Shown: piece by piece, positions 1 through 9,566 of the stretch
Numbering within the stretch: position 1 is the stretch's first letter
How the letters are laid out: each line of letters begins with the position of its first letter
Assembly: GCF_000011105.1 (NCBI RefSeq)
Contig: NC_000961.1
Span: 582,662 to 606,661 of the forward strand
Length of the DNA: 24,000 nt
Direction of reading: 5' to 3'
Source: Pyrococcus horikoshii OT3
Lineage (GTDB): Archaea; Methanobacteriota_B; Thermococci; Thermococcales; Thermococcaceae
The notes under the pieces: generated by a model
The model's input: only the letters and a program-made list of their open reading frames with translations
Told to the model about the DNA's origin: nothing
Database searches by the model: none
Translations under genes and position numbers: made by a program

Positions 1-25
1 GATATTCCTTAGAGAAGTTCGGAAG

Positions 26-2869
26 ATGGTCAAAGAAATGGCTCCGACGTTGTCTGAGGGGAGAGTTGAGCTGTTATCTGAGCTAATAGTTCAGAACATG
101 ATAGGTTATGGAAAGCTCGATCCCCTCGTAAGGGATGACAACTTAGAAGAGATAATGGTTATTGGAACTAATAGGCCAGTCTACGTATGGCATAGGCGCT
201 TTGGTATGTGTAAGACTAACATAACCTTTACCAGTGAGCGCGAGATCCTCACGATAATTGAGAGAATTGCTAGGGAAGTTGGAAGGAGAATAGATCAACA
301 AAATCCACTTCTTGATGCTAGACTTCCTGATGGAAGTAGAGTCAATGCCACGTTGCCACCGATAAGTCTGGATGGGCCTACAATAACGATAAGGAAGTTC
401 AAGAAAGATCCGCTAACGATAATAGACTTAATAAAGTTTAGGACTTTAAACTCCGAAGTTGCTGCATTTCTCTGGCTCCTCGTTGATGGCCTAGGAGTTA
501 AGCCCGCAAACATTCTAGTTGCCGGAGGTACAGGTTCCGGTAAGACGACGACATTGAACTCTTTAGCGATGTTCATTCCACCAAGTGAAAGGGTTATAAG
601 CATAGAGGATACCGCAGAGCTTCAGCTTCCAATAGAGCACTGGGTAAGACTTGAAACAAGGCCGCCAAACGTGGAAGGAAAGGGAGAAATAACCATGGAT
701 GACTTAGTTAAGAACACATTAAGAATGCGTCCGGATAGAATTATTGTAGGTGAAGTCCGTGGACCAGAGGCAAGGACAATGTTTACGGCCATGAATACCG
801 GACATGATGGGGCACTTTATGATTTCTCCATAATCCAGCTCTCCAACGGTAGATTTGTCCTCATAGGTGATTTGGTTGAGGAACTCTTCAAGAAGTATTC
901 TGACAAAATTGAGAGGTACAAGGATCTCGAGTACATAGAACTTAATGATGAGGATCGTTTCGAAGTCGTTAGCGTTGGCCCAGACTTAAAGGCAAATAAG
1001 CATATTGTTTCTAGAGTTTGGAGAAGAAGGGTCAGAGAAGGAGAAAAGCTAATACGCATAAAGACGAGAACAGGCAACGAAGTAATACTTACCAGAAGTC
1101 ATCCGCTTTTCGCGTTCTCTAATGGAGATGTCGTCAGAAAAGAAGCGGGGAACCTTAAGGTTGGAGATAGAGTTGCGGTAATGATGAATCCTCCTAAACC
1201 ACCTCAAACTAAAGCTGTTGTTGACCTTAGCATTTATGCAAAAATAAGTGATTATTACCTTGTCCCCAACGGAAAGGGAATGATAAAGGTCCCCAATAAA
1301 GGTCTTCCTCCAGAAAAGGCTCAATACTTGGTTTCAGTAAATTCACATCCCGTAAAATTGGTTAGAGAGGTTGATGAAAAGCTATCCTACCTAGCTGGAG
1401 TCATCCTTGGAGATGGTTATATATCCTCAAATGGATACTACATTTCAGCTACGTTTGATGACGAGGATTACATGGAAGCATTTGTATCTGTAATCTCAGA
1501 CTTTATCCCCAACTATATTCCAAATGTAAAAGAGAATGGAAAGTATATGGTTGTAACTGTTGGCTCGAAGATCTTTGCTGAAATGCTCTCAAGGATATTT
1601 GGAATACCTAAGGGTAGAAAACTTGAATGGGATGTTCCAGACATAGTGCTCTCAAATGACGATCTCATGAGGTACTTTATAGCTGGACTTTTCGATGCAG
1701 ATGGATATGTAGATGAAAATTCCATAATTTTGGTAACCAAGAGCGAAAATGTAGCAAGGAAAATATGGTATGCTCTCCAAAGACTGGGAATAATAAGTAC
1801 AGTTTCCCGTGTAAAGAATAAAGGCTTCAAAGAAGGCGAAATATTTAGGGTAATAATTAGTGGTGTTGATGACCTTGCTAAATTTGCAAGATCTATACCC
1901 CTACACCATTCAAGGAAGAGAGCAAAACTCATGGAGGTATTAAAAACCAAAAAGACCCATCGCGGAAGAAGAGCTTATCGCGTGCCAATCTCAGCTGAAA
2001 TGATAGCTCCTCTTCGTCAGATGTTAGGATTAACGGTTTCAGAGCTCTCAAAGTTGGCCTCTCATTATGCAGGAGAAAAAGTCTCTGAAAGCCTTATTAG
2101 GCATGTAGAAAAAGGAAGGGTCAAAGAGATAAGGCGCTCCACACTTAGGGGAATAGCCCTTGCCCTTCAGCAAGTGGCCAAGGATGTTGGTGATGAAGAA
2201 GCTTGGGTGAAAGCAAGAAGACTTCAACTGATAGCTGAGGGGGATGTTTATTGGGATGAAGTTGTAAGCGTTGAAGAAGTTGATCCAAAGGAACTTGGCA
2301 TTGAGTACGTCTATGATTTAACGGTTGAAGACGATCACAACTACGTTGCAAACGGTATCTTGGTTTCAAACTGTATGGGGACCATTCACTCAAACTCCGC
2401 AAGGGAAACAATAATCAGACTTGAGAGTCCTCCAATGAACGTTCCCAGGATAATGATTCCAGCATTGGATATTATAATTATGCAGGTAAGGTACCATACA
2501 AGAAAGAAGGGAACCATAAGGCGTATGACTGAGATAGCTGAGGTTTCCGGAATTGAAGGGGAGAGCATTCAACTTAACTTCCTTTACAAGTACGATCCAG
2601 CGAAGGATGAAATCGTTAGAACTGAAGTTCCGAGCAGGTTCCTCAATATTTTAAGCTATCATACTGGTATGGGAATGGATGAGCTCTATTATGAAATAGA
2701 AAAGAGAAAACTCGTCCTGGATTGGATGATAGAGAAGGGAATAAGAAGGATAGATGAAGTTGGAGCCCAGATTAGGGAATTCTATATTGACGAAGAGGAA
2801 TTCTTTAAAAAACTCGAAAGGGAAGCAACTACAATTGAAATGAGCAAGAGGGTTAAGGAGTTCATCTAA
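26..2869 (+). CDS. klbA: KlbA-type VirB11/GspE-like secretion/pilus ATPase with in-frame intein; reading frame is open to the left window edge, so the true start may lie upstream
   Basis: Walker [46 protein letters not shown] and split motif [18 protein letters not shown] are typical of T2SS/T4P ATPases. The frame upstream of the ATG at 26 has no stop (IFLREVRK). Confidence 0.93.
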   Translation: MVKEMAPTLSEGRVELLSELIVQNMIGYGKLDPLVRDDNLEEIMVIGTNRPVYVWHRRFGMCKTNITFTSEREILTIIERIAREVGRRIDQQNPLLDARLPDGSRVNATLPPISLDGPTITIRKFKKDPLTIIDLIKFRTLNSEVAAFLWLLVDGLGVKPANILVAGGTGSGKTTTLNSLAMFIPPSERVISIEDTAELQLPIEHWVRLETRPPNVEGKGEITMDDLVKNTLRMRPDRIIVGEVRGPEARTMFTAMNTGHDGALYDFSIIQLSNGRFVLIGDLVEELFKKYSDKIERYKDLEYIELNDEDRFEVVSVGPDLKANKHIVSRVWRRRVREGEKLIRIKTRTGNEVILTRSHPLFAFSNGDVVRKEAGNLKVGDRVAVMMNPPKPPQTKAVVDLSIYAKISDYYLVPNGKGMIKVPNKGLPPEKAQYLVSVNSHPVKLVREVDEKLSYLAGVILGDGYISSNGYYISATFDDEDYMEAFVSVISDFIPNYIPNVKENGKYMVVTVGSKIFAEMLSRIFGIPKGRKLEWDVPDIVLSNDDLMRYFIAGLFDADGYVDENSIILVTKSENVARKIWYALQRLGIISTVSRVKNKGFKEGEIFRVIISGVDDLAKFARSIPLHHSRKRAKLMEVLKTKKTHRGRRAYRVPISAEMIAPLRQMLGLTVSELSKLASHYAGEKVSESLIRHVEKGRVKEIRRSTLRGIALALQQVAKDVGDEEAWVKARRLQLIAEGDVYWDEVVSVEEVDPKELGIEYVYDLTVEDDHNYVANGILVSNCMGTIHSNSARETIIRLESPPMNVPRIMIPALDIIIMQVRYHTRKKGTIRRMTEIAEVSGIEGESIQLNFLYKYDPAKDEIVRTEVPSRFLNILSYHTGMGMDELYYEIEKRKLVLDWMIEKGIRRIDEVGAQIREFYIDEEEFFKKLEREATTIEMSKRVKEFI
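812..2371 (+). other. Intein, 520 aa, Ala1 (KlbA-type), carrying a LAGLIDADG/DOD homing endonuclease domain and a C-terminal HTH-like insert
   Basis: Starts [23 protein letters not shown]. Block B-like [16 protein letters not shown]; DOD motifs [13 protein letters not shown] and [15 protein letters not shown]; C-terminal [20 protein letters not shown] followed by extein Cys. It sits inside the ATPase motif NTGHDG^CMGTIHSNS. Junctions placed by codon counting. Confidence 0.95.
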
Positions 2870-2871
2870 AG

Positions 2872-3948
2872 GTGATAGAAGTGCCAGGAGTTGTTGAGGG
2901 ATTTCTCAGATTCCTAGAGAAGCTTGGAGGTAAGACTATTGAGATAGCAGAAGCACCAGTTAGGAGAATGCCTAGTCGTGAACTTACGGTTAGAGAAAGG
3001 CTTGAATTACTAAAGAGAATGAGAGAGGAAATTGAGAAAGAAAAAGAAAGTGAAGAAGAGAAATTCATAGAAGAAGCAATTGAATGGCGTGAAAAGACGA
3101 TTCAAAGGCCATTGTCAGATAGAATTGCAGAGAGCTTTCTTAAATATTTTAGAGGTCCGGTCGAATCTTTGAGTAAGTCAATTAAGGGTTTAGATGAAGA
3201 TCTATACAGGGCAAACATATTAATGCCGAAGGAAAAGTATGTAGCCTTAATGTTAGCAGTGGGAATAATTTCGGCAATTTTAACCTTTATTGTAGGTTTA
3301 ATAATAGCCCTTCCTATTGATATGAGCATGCTCCTAGGAGTTTTGGGATTCATATTTGGATTCATCTATATGAGGTTCTATCCAAAGAGCGTTTGGAAAA
3401 GGAGAGTCGAGGAAGTGGAAAAAGCCCTTCCTTATGTTCTCAGACATATGGCCTCCTTGCTCAATGCTGGCATAGGCCTAGCAGAGGCCATGGTATCGGT
3501 ATCAAAAGCTGATTATGGGGTTGTATCTGAGGAATTTGCAATGGTAGTCCAGGAGATGCATAAGGGTTCGAGTTTTGAAGATGCACTGACTAAGTTTGAG
3601 GAGAAGATGAAATCGGACATGGTGAGTAGGGTTGTTAAACAGATTTTAAGGGCTCTAAAGTTCGGTGGCAATCTAGCTGATATACTTTATAAGATGGCCG
3701 ACGAATTTTCGTTCGAGTATAGGATAAAGCTCATGGATTACGTTCAGAAGATAAATGGTATATCCTTCGTTTACATGTTCATGACCGTTGTAATGCCGAC
3801 CCTTCTAATAGTTGTAATTCTCGCTGGCTCGATTTTTATGAAGAGGCTTGTAATAAACTTAAGTGGTATGATAGTCATTTTCCTCCTTGGATTTCCCACC
3901 TTATCCTTTATAATAATCATGATGATTAAGAGAGCGGAGCCGAGGTGA
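2872..3948 (+). CDS. TadB/TadC (GspF/T2SSF family) archaeal type IV pilus-like membrane assembly protein; start codon GTG
   Basis: Immediately downstream of klbA. 'LPYVLRHMASLLNAGIGLAEAM...EMHKGSSFEDAL...' T2SSF-type cytoplasmic domain between multi-TM segments. Confidence 0.85.
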   Translation: MIEVPGVVEGFLRFLEKLGGKTIEIAEAPVRRMPSRELTVRERLELLKRMREEIEKEKESEEEKFIEEAIEWREKTIQRPLSDRIAESFLKYFRGPVESLSKSIKGLDEDLYRANILMPKEKYVALMLAVGIISAILTFIVGLIIALPIDMSMLLGVLGFIFGFIYMRFYPKSVWKRRVEEVEKALPYVLRHMASLLNAGIGLAEAMVSVSKADYGVVSEEFAMVVQEMHKGSSFEDALTKFEEKMKSDMVSRVVKQILRALKFGGNLADILYKMADEFSFEYRIKLMDYVQKINGISFVYMFMTVVMPTLLIVVILAGSIFMKRLVINLSGMIVIFLLGFPTLSFIIIMMIKRAEPR

Positions 3949-4871
3949 AGGAGTTGGCAAAGGAGGTTGTAGTAAGTTCAAGGCTAGCAAAAGTTATTGA
4001 GAGTGTAGTTCCAAAAAAGTACCTTAAAAGGTACGACTTGCTTTTATATTCCGCAGGTATAGATTTCAAGGCTTCCGAATATATTGTAATTTCCCTTATT
4101 TTCGGGGTAATTGGAGGAGTTTTAGCTTTCATCTTTACTGATTCTTTGAAGATCCTTACGATCAGCTTTTTGATAGTGTTTTTGACTTTTCTTTACCTCT
4201 ATCCAAACTTTAGGATAGTGAGAAGGATTGAAGAAATGGAGAGAGCATTACCAGATGCCTTTTTTTACTTGGCTGGATCACTTAGAGCGGGAGTCTCATT
4301 TTCAGAGGCCCTGGAAGAATTATCAACGGCTAAGTTTGGAGCGTTAACCAGGGAATTCATGAGAACAGTTGCCGAAATGAAAAGAGGAAGACCAACCGTT
4401 GATGCCCTTAGGGCTTTTGCCTTAAGGAACAAGAAGTCTCTCGTGATATACAGGTCAATGATGATAGTTATCGAGGCCTTGGAAAGGGGGGCCCCAATGG
4501 CGGATGTTTTAATAGCAGTTGGTAATGACGTTAGAGAGATACTTAGGATAAAGAAGGAGAGAAAGGCTTCGACAGGAATGCAGATGATGTTCTTTTTAAC
4601 CTCTGGCGGTTTCGTTGGTCCATTTATCGTGGCAATAGTCTCAAAGATCTCGGAATTTATAGCCTCAAGTGGTACTGGAATTCAGATACCTGTTTCAGAT
4701 TTAAGGGTTGTTCTGTGGCTCTTTTCAGTAATTCAAGGTTTTGTTACCGGCATCGGCATTGGAGTTATTAGGGAGGGTAAGTTTTCATCCGGAATGAGAT
4801 TTGGGATTATAGTTGCCCTAATGGCCGGGTTCGTCTTCTGGATAGGGCTTAGAGTCGGCATTGGGATGTAG
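3945..4871 (+). CDS. Second TadC/T2SSF family membrane protein
   Basis: Overlaps the preceding CDS by 4 nt. 'LPDAFFYLAGSLRAGVSFSEALEELS...MKRGRPTVDALRAFALR' T2SSF signature; multiple TM segments. Confidence 0.85.
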   Translation: MKELAKEVVVSSRLAKVIESVVPKKYLKRYDLLLYSAGIDFKASEYIVISLIFGVIGGVLAFIFTDSLKILTISFLIVFLTFLYLYPNFRIVRRIEEMERALPDAFFYLAGSLRAGVSFSEALEELSTAKFGALTREFMRTVAEMKRGRPTVDALRAFALRNKKSLVIYRSMMIVIEALERGAPMADVLIAVGNDVREILRIKKERKASTGMQMMFFLTSGGFVGPFIVAIVSKISEFIASSGTGIQIPVSDLRVVLWLFSVIQGFVTGIGIGVIREGKFSSGMRFGIIVALMAGFVFWIGLRVGIGM

Positions 4872-4896
4872 ATGTACTCATAAATGATCCATAAAG

Positions 4897-4945
4897 CGTT
4901 TAAATACACATCTACATAGTTGATCATGTGTCAAATTTTGGAGGG
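4897..4945 (+). promoter_or_regulatory. Archaeal TATA box (TTTAAATA, 4899-4906) and RBS (GGAGGG, 4940-4945) for tdh
   Basis: AAAGCGTTTAAATAC about 50 nt before the ATG at 4954, with a purine-rich RBS 8 nt upstream of the start. Confidence 0.65.
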
Positions 4946-4953
4946 ATGTCTAT

Positions 4954-6000
4954 ATGTCAGAAAAGATGGTAGCTATCATGAAGACAAAGCCTGGGTATGG
5001 TGCTGAGCTTGTTGAGGTGGACGTTCCAAAGCCTGGACCTGGAGAAGTTCTCATTAAGGTTCTTGCAACCAGCATATGTGGAACTGATCTTCATATATAC
5101 GAGTGGAATGAGTGGGCACAGAGCAGGATTAAGCCACCTCAGATAATGGGGCATGAAGTTGCGGGAGAAGTCGTTGAAATCGGGCCAGGTGTGGAAGGAA
5201 TTGAAGTTGGTGACTACGTTTCCGTTGAAACGCACATAGTTTGTGGCAAGTGTTACGCCTGCAGAAGGGGCCAGTACCACGTCTGCCAGAATACCAAGAT
5301 ATTTGGCGTCGATACAGATGGCGTATTCGCAGAGTATGCCGTTGTTCCAGCCCAAAATATCTGGAAGAATCCTAAATCAATTCCACCAGAATATGCAACC
5401 CTCCAGGAGCCCTTGGGTAATGCTGTTGATACCGTTTTGGCAGGACCAATTTCTGGTAAGAGCGTTTTAATAACCGGAGCGGGGCCCCTTGGATTATTGG
5501 GAATTGCAGTGGCAAAAGCGTCTGGCGCATACCCTGTGATAGTCTCAGAACCTAGTGACTTCAGAAGGGAGTTGGCCAAGAAGGTAGGTGCTGATTACGT
5601 TATCAATCCATTCGAAGAGGATGTCGTTAAGGAGGTAATGGATATCACAGATGGAAATGGTGTTGACGTATTTCTGGAATTCAGTGGAGCTCCTAAGGCT
5701 CTAGAGCAGGGTCTTCAAGCAGTTACACCTGCTGGAAGGGTATCTCTCCTGGGTCTATACCCAGGAAAGGTTACCATTGACTTTAACAATCTAATAATCT
5801 TCAAGGCGCTAACAATCTATGGAATAACTGGAAGGCACCTCTGGGAAACTTGGTATACAGTTTCAAGGCTCCTTCAGAGCGGAAAGCTCAACTTAGATCC
5901 TATTATAACTCATAAATATAAGGGATTCGACAAGTACGAGGAAGCCTTTGAGCTAATGAGGGCCGGCAAAACGGGTAAAGTTGTTTTTATGCTTAAATGA
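4954..6000 (+). CDS. tdh: L-threonine 3-dehydrogenase, zinc-dependent MDR family
   Basis: [44 protein letters not shown], zinc-lobe [15 protein letters not shown], Rossmann [18 protein letters not shown]; strong resemblance to Pyrococcus Tdh. Confidence 0.97.
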   Translation: MSEKMVAIMKTKPGYGAELVEVDVPKPGPGEVLIKVLATSICGTDLHIYEWNEWAQSRIKPPQIMGHEVAGEVVEIGPGVEGIEVGDYVSVETHIVCGKCYACRRGQYHVCQNTKIFGVDTDGVFAEYAVVPAQNIWKNPKSIPPEYATLQEPLGNAVDTVLAGPISGKSVLITGAGPLGLLGIAVAKASGAYPVIVSEPSDFRRELAKKVGADYVINPFEEDVVKEVMDITDGNGVDVFLEFSGAPKALEQGLQAVTPAGRVSLLGLYPGKVTIDFNNLIIFKALTIYGITGRHLWETWYTVSRLLQSGKLNLDPIITHKYKGFDKYEEAFELMRAGKTGKVVFMLK

Positions 6001-6169
6001 TACCTTTACCTTTGTAAAATTTTTTGAACGTATTTCAATCCCATTTACCAAATCTTTATTTTCTCAATTGTCAAATTAATTTTGGGTGAGGAAAGTGGAT
6101 GTTGAGTTGATGTTAAACTTAGAAAACTTCGAGATAATGCTTACGCTCATAAGAAAATACTTAAAGAAA

Positions 6170-7840
6170 TTAGTGGCGATAAAGGGGTCTCAGGAAAATC
6201 TCGAAGGCAACAACAGGAACCTCTATGTTCCAGTTTTCTAGGACTTGTGGGTGCACTTCACCGATAATTCCAATATCCCTTCCATTGACTATAATTTTCC
6301 CCGCCCTTCCTGGGATAAAGCTTCCATGTTCAACTTCTTCTATCTCATATTCAAACCCTAAGTGCCTCATCAGTGCATCCAGAATTTCCTTTGCATTTGT
6401 AAACGTATAACCTGTACCCGCTAGGGCTACCGCAAGCTTAGGTTCGCTAACCGTTTTCGTTTCCCTCGATTCATCTATTAACGTGGCTAGACCTACTTCA
6501 AATATCCTCTGTGGATATTCCTCGTGGGTATTATTGCTTAAGAATTCCATAAGACTAGGTAAGATCCACTTCCTTAAAGCACTCCATCTCTGGCTAATTG
6601 GGTTAGCTATCTCAACGATCTCTTCCTCTGGAATGTTCATCTTCTTGAACTGGACTTCCTTATTGGTCAAGTTAAACGTCATTACCTCCTGCAATCCAAA
6701 GCCCACCATTAAGTCCCTTATTGCATCTTCAAAGTCTTTGAAGGGATCTCCCCTTCCCTGAACTGCTAGCTTCGGTTCCTCGGGCTCTATGTTATTATAT
6801 CCATAAGCTATTAGAACATCTTCCAATATATCCCTGGCATGCATTATATCATCCCTGAAGGCTGGATACTTAAGCTTGGCCCTTCCTCTCGATATCTCAA
6901 CCTCGTACATCATTTTCTCTAGCAACTCTTTTATCTCTCCATCATTTAGCTCAAGCCCTGAAAGCTTTCTTATGTAGTCCAGCTCGACTTCAAATTCTTT
7001 GGGAGTTAAATCTGGGGTTTCAATTTCGAAGTCCTTGTAGACAACCCTAACGCTCCTTATTTTACCTCCACGCTCTGCTAATGCAGTTACCATGACATTA
7101 AGGGCAAGCATTACCTTCTCAAGCTTCCATCCCGTGACATCTATGAAGACATTTTTCGTATCCGTTGTTACTCTTCCCGTAAACTCGGAGTTGATTATTG
7201 GCGGCATGGAGAGCACATTCCCCTCGCTGTCAATAAGTAGTGGATAAAATTGTTTATCCTTTATAAGGTGCCCATACTCCCTTCCCTTTTCATGCTTTTC
7301 AAGGATCTCCTCTAGAGTCATTTCCTCTTTATAGCCCAGGGGGGCAAACTTTTCAGTTTTTTCGGCGGCTTTATAGTAAATAGGTGGCTTAATCTTATCA
7401 AAATCGAAGATTCCTATGGCCACTTCTCTCCTTCTTCTTCCAAATGTAAGGGCTATCTTTTCTTGTAGCTGAATCATTTGACTTAAAGAATCTTCGTCGA
7501 GCCTTAAACCTTCAACTATTGCGTAAACTCCATAAGGCCTTATATCTTTAAGCTTTTCATCAACGTAAACCGTTACGTTACTCTTTTTAACCTCGTATTT
7601 AGGTAAGCCCTTTTCAATTCCGAGGGCCCACTTTATCTGCCTCGCAACTCCCTCAGCGCTCCATAGATCAGGCCTATTTGTATCCTTTGAATCGAGCTTG
7701 AAATATACCTTTCCATTTTCCTCCCAAACATCGTCAAGCTCACACTTGGCATAAAGTACTAAATCTTCCCACTCTTCTATGCTGAAGCTTCTTCCAATGA
7801 GTCTTTCTAAATCAGACTTTGAAACGTCGAACTTTGGCAT
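6170..7840 (-). CDS. pheT: Phenylalanyl-tRNA synthetase beta subunit (archaeal type)
   Basis: MPKFDVSKSDLERLIGRSFSIEEWEDLVLYAKCELDDVWEENG...; adjacent to pheS; 556 aa, archaeal PheT architecture. Confidence 0.96.
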   Translation of the reverse strand: MPKFDVSKSDLERLIGRSFSIEEWEDLVLYAKCELDDVWEENGKVYFKLDSKDTNRPDLWSAEGVARQIKWALGIEKGLPKYEVKKSNVTVYVDEKLKDIRPYGVYAIVEGLRLDEDSLSQMIQLQEKIALTFGRRRREVAIGIFDFDKIKPPIYYKAAEKTEKFAPLGYKEEMTLEEILEKHEKGREYGHLIKDKQFYPLLIDSEGNVLSMPPIINSEFTGRVTTDTKNVFIDVTGWKLEKVMLALNVMVTALAERGGKIRSVRVVYKDFEIETPDLTPKEFEVELDYIRKLSGLELNDGEIKELLEKMMYEVEISRGRAKLKYPAFRDDIMHARDILEDVLIAYGYNNIEPEEPKLAVQGRGDPFKDFEDAIRDLMVGFGLQEVMTFNLTNKEVQFKKMNIPEEEIVEIANPISQRWSALRKWILPSLMEFLSNNTHEEYPQRIFEVGLATLIDESRETKTVSEPKLAVALAGTGYTFTNAKEILDALMRHLGFEYEIEEVEHGSFIPGRAGKIIVNGRDIGIIGEVHPQVLENWNIEVPVVAFEIFLRPLYRH

Positions 7841-7851
7841 TCCTTATCACC

Positions 7852-9351
7852 TCACCATATTAACTTGGACTCCCTAAGCCATTTCAAGTCGTAGCTGAAA
7901 AGGTACCTTATATCGTCAACTCCGAGCTTGAACATTGCTAACCTATCTATTCCTATACCCCAAGCAATTACAGGTACTTTAATTCCAAGAGCTTCTGTCA
8001 TTTCCTCCCTAAAAATCCCGGCCCCTCCGAATTCTACCCACCCAAGCTCTGGATGATAAGCGCTTAGCTGAACGCTTGGTTCGGTAAATGGATAATAATC
8101 TGGGAAGAACTTTACCTTTTTTGCACCGGCTATTTCAATTGCAAATCTCTTTAAAATTCCAAGTAAATGCCTAAAAGTCAAATCTTCGCTTGCGACAAAT
8201 CCATCTATTTGGTTAAACTCTATTAAGTGGGTTCTATCTAAAACATCCGGTCTAAATACTCTTTGAATCGTGAAGTATTTTCCTGGGATTTCTATTCCCT
8301 TAGCTAGTTCCCTTGCACTCAATGCTGTTGCATGGGCCCTTGGCATAAGTAACATTGCCCTTTCTGGGGACCAGACATAGCCCCAACCTCTTGAACCTGC
8401 TAATCCCCTTTCGTGGGCTTCTTTAACTTTGGATACTAAATTCTCATCAGGTAGGTACCCTTTCTCTGGATATTTTAGCTGATATGTATCAGTCCATTCC
8501 CTAGCTGGGTGATTTTGAGGTTGAAATAAAGCATCAAAGTTCCAAAATTGAGTTTCAATGAGGCTATCGACAGTCATTTCAATGAATCCCATTTCTATTA
8601 GCCTTCTTCTTATTTTATCCAAGAAGACTCTATAAGGCTGCTTTTTCCCAGGATAAATCTTTTTTACTGGGGCTTTTATATTGAATGGCTTGAATTCAAC
8701 TTCTCTCCATTTTCCTGTTACAATCAGTTCTGGAGTTAAAATGCTAACCTCTCTTTTAAGTTCGATTCCTTTCTCCACTAGCTCTAGCCCTTTGTCAGTT
8801 ATTTCAACGTTTCTGATTACTTTCTCTTCCTCTTCAGCTATCTTTCTCCTCTTTAACTCTTTAACTGAAATTATCTTTTCAATTTCTTCAACTGAAACTT
8901 CTCCTTTGGATAAAACCTCTAAAGCTATATCAATAGCTCTTTTTTCAGCTTTTTTGCCTTTTTCAGATAATTTGAGGGTAAGACCTTCTTTAGTTTTACT
9001 AACTTCAGCCCATCCCTCTTTTCTTAGTACTCCAACTATGGCCTTTAGCTCCTCATCACTTAAGACATCCTTTAGATCATTTAATGTTACCTTTCCCTTT
9101 TCCTTAAGGATCTTTAATGCCCTTATTTCTGGAAGTCCGATTTCTATATATCTCTTCCCCGTTTCAGTTAATTTTATCATCCTTCTCCTTTCTTCATGTA
9201 CCTTTGCTAGCCCTTGAGATTGCAATGTTAAAAGAGCCCTCATCACTGCTACTTGATCTAAATTTGTCTTTTCTATGAGTTCTTCTACTGTAGCATTTTT
9301 TAGCTCGGCTAACTTTAGGAGCACGAGCTTTTCATTATACCCCAACCTCAT
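7852..9351 (-). CDS. pheS: Phenylalanyl-tRNA synthetase alpha subunit
   Basis: Class II aaRS motifs [82 protein letters not shown]; N-terminal winged-helix repeats. Confidence 0.96.
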   Translation of the reverse strand: MRLGYNEKLVLLKLAELKNATVEELIEKTNLDQVAVMRALLTLQSQGLAKVHEERRRMIKLTETGKRYIEIGLPEIRALKILKEKGKVTLNDLKDVLSDEELKAIVGVLRKEGWAEVSKTKEGLTLKLSEKGKKAEKRAIDIALEVLSKGEVSVEEIEKIISVKELKRRKIAEEEEKVIRNVEITDKGLELVEKGIELKREVSILTPELIVTGKWREVEFKPFNIKAPVKKIYPGKKQPYRVFLDKIRRRLIEMGFIEMTVDSLIETQFWNFDALFQPQNHPAREWTDTYQLKYPEKGYLPDENLVSKVKEAHERGLAGSRGWGYVWSPERAMLLMPRAHATALSARELAKGIEIPGKYFTIQRVFRPDVLDRTHLIEFNQIDGFVASEDLTFRHLLGILKRFAIEIAGAKKVKFFPDYYPFTEPSVQLSAYHPELGWVEFGGAGIFREEMTEALGIKVPVIAWGIGIDRLAMFKLGVDDIRYLFSYDLKWLRESKLIW

Positions 9352-9380
9352 GTTCGCACCCTGTGAGGTAAGGTTATACC

Positions 9381-9390
9381 TTTAAAAATT
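9381..9390. promoter_or_regulatory. Putative shared bidirectional TATA element between pheS (-) and the GC-rich ncRNA (+)
   Basis: TTTAAAAATT lies ~30 nt upstream of the ncRNA's apparent start (~9410, +) and ~30 nt upstream of the pheS ATG (9351, -). Confidence 0.5.
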
Positions 9391-9409
9391 CTTTTTGGTA
9401 CATTAATAT

Positions 9410-9566
9410 GTCCGACCTGCCGCCCGGGGGCCCGACCGAGGGAGCGTGCCGAGAATGGCGCGCAATGAACGAGGTGACGTCGTCGGGCGGACAGGGCCCG
9501 GTCTCCGGGGCCGCCTGAGGTTGCCGAGAATGGCGTTCAATGAAGGCGGGCGGATAATCCGGGCCT
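9410..9566 (+). ncRNA. GC-rich structured RNA with two similar modules; K-turn-like, possibly archaeal H/ACA-type guide RNA. Ends and family are approximate.
   Basis: Hand count gives ~71% GC over 9411-9565, in AT-rich surroundings. A 23-nt direct repeat TGCCGAGAATGGCGyKCAATGAA occurs at 9447 and 9522. Hairpins are GCGTGCC-GAGAAT-GGCGCGC and GGTTGCC-GAGAAT-GGCGTTC. The outer stem 9495-9501 (GGCCCGG) pairs with 9559-9565 (CCGGGCC). Module 2 contains a canonical-looking K-turn. Confidence 0.8.
9447..9544 (+). repeat. Two near-identical 23-nt repeats (9447-9469 and 9522-9544; 21/23 identical), 75 nt apart
   Basis: Direct reading: tgccgagaatggcgcgcaatgaa versus tgccgagaatggcgttcaatgaa. Confidence 0.95.

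Noticed and set aside
2145-2572. Short plus-frame ORFs 2145-2411 and 2390-2572 overlapping klbA
   Set aside because: Out of frame within the intein/extein coding sequence; no family signature.
295-3365. Many short minus-strand ORFs opposite klbA and tadC
   Set aside because: They lie antisense to strongly supported conserved coding sequence, show no recognisable domains and fit chance ORFs.
4920-4934. TTGA-N7-TCAA half-sites downstream of the tdh TATA box
   Set aside because: Only 4-bp arms; expected by chance in AT-rich intergenic DNA.
6038-6050. ATTTCAATCCCAT resembles part of some archaeal CRISPR repeats
   Set aside because: Single occurrence, no spacer/repeat periodicity and no cas genes in the window.
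6085-6136. Loose C/D-box-like pattern in the tdh-pheT spacer (GTGAGGA ... TTGATGT ... TCGAG)
   Set aside because: Boxes are poor and no stem or guide target is apparent; not strong enough to call an sRNA.
8681-9217. 178-aa ORF opposite pheS
   Set aside because: Ser/Leu/Phe-rich product typical of antisense to Glu/Lys-rich coding DNA; pheS is clearly the real gene.
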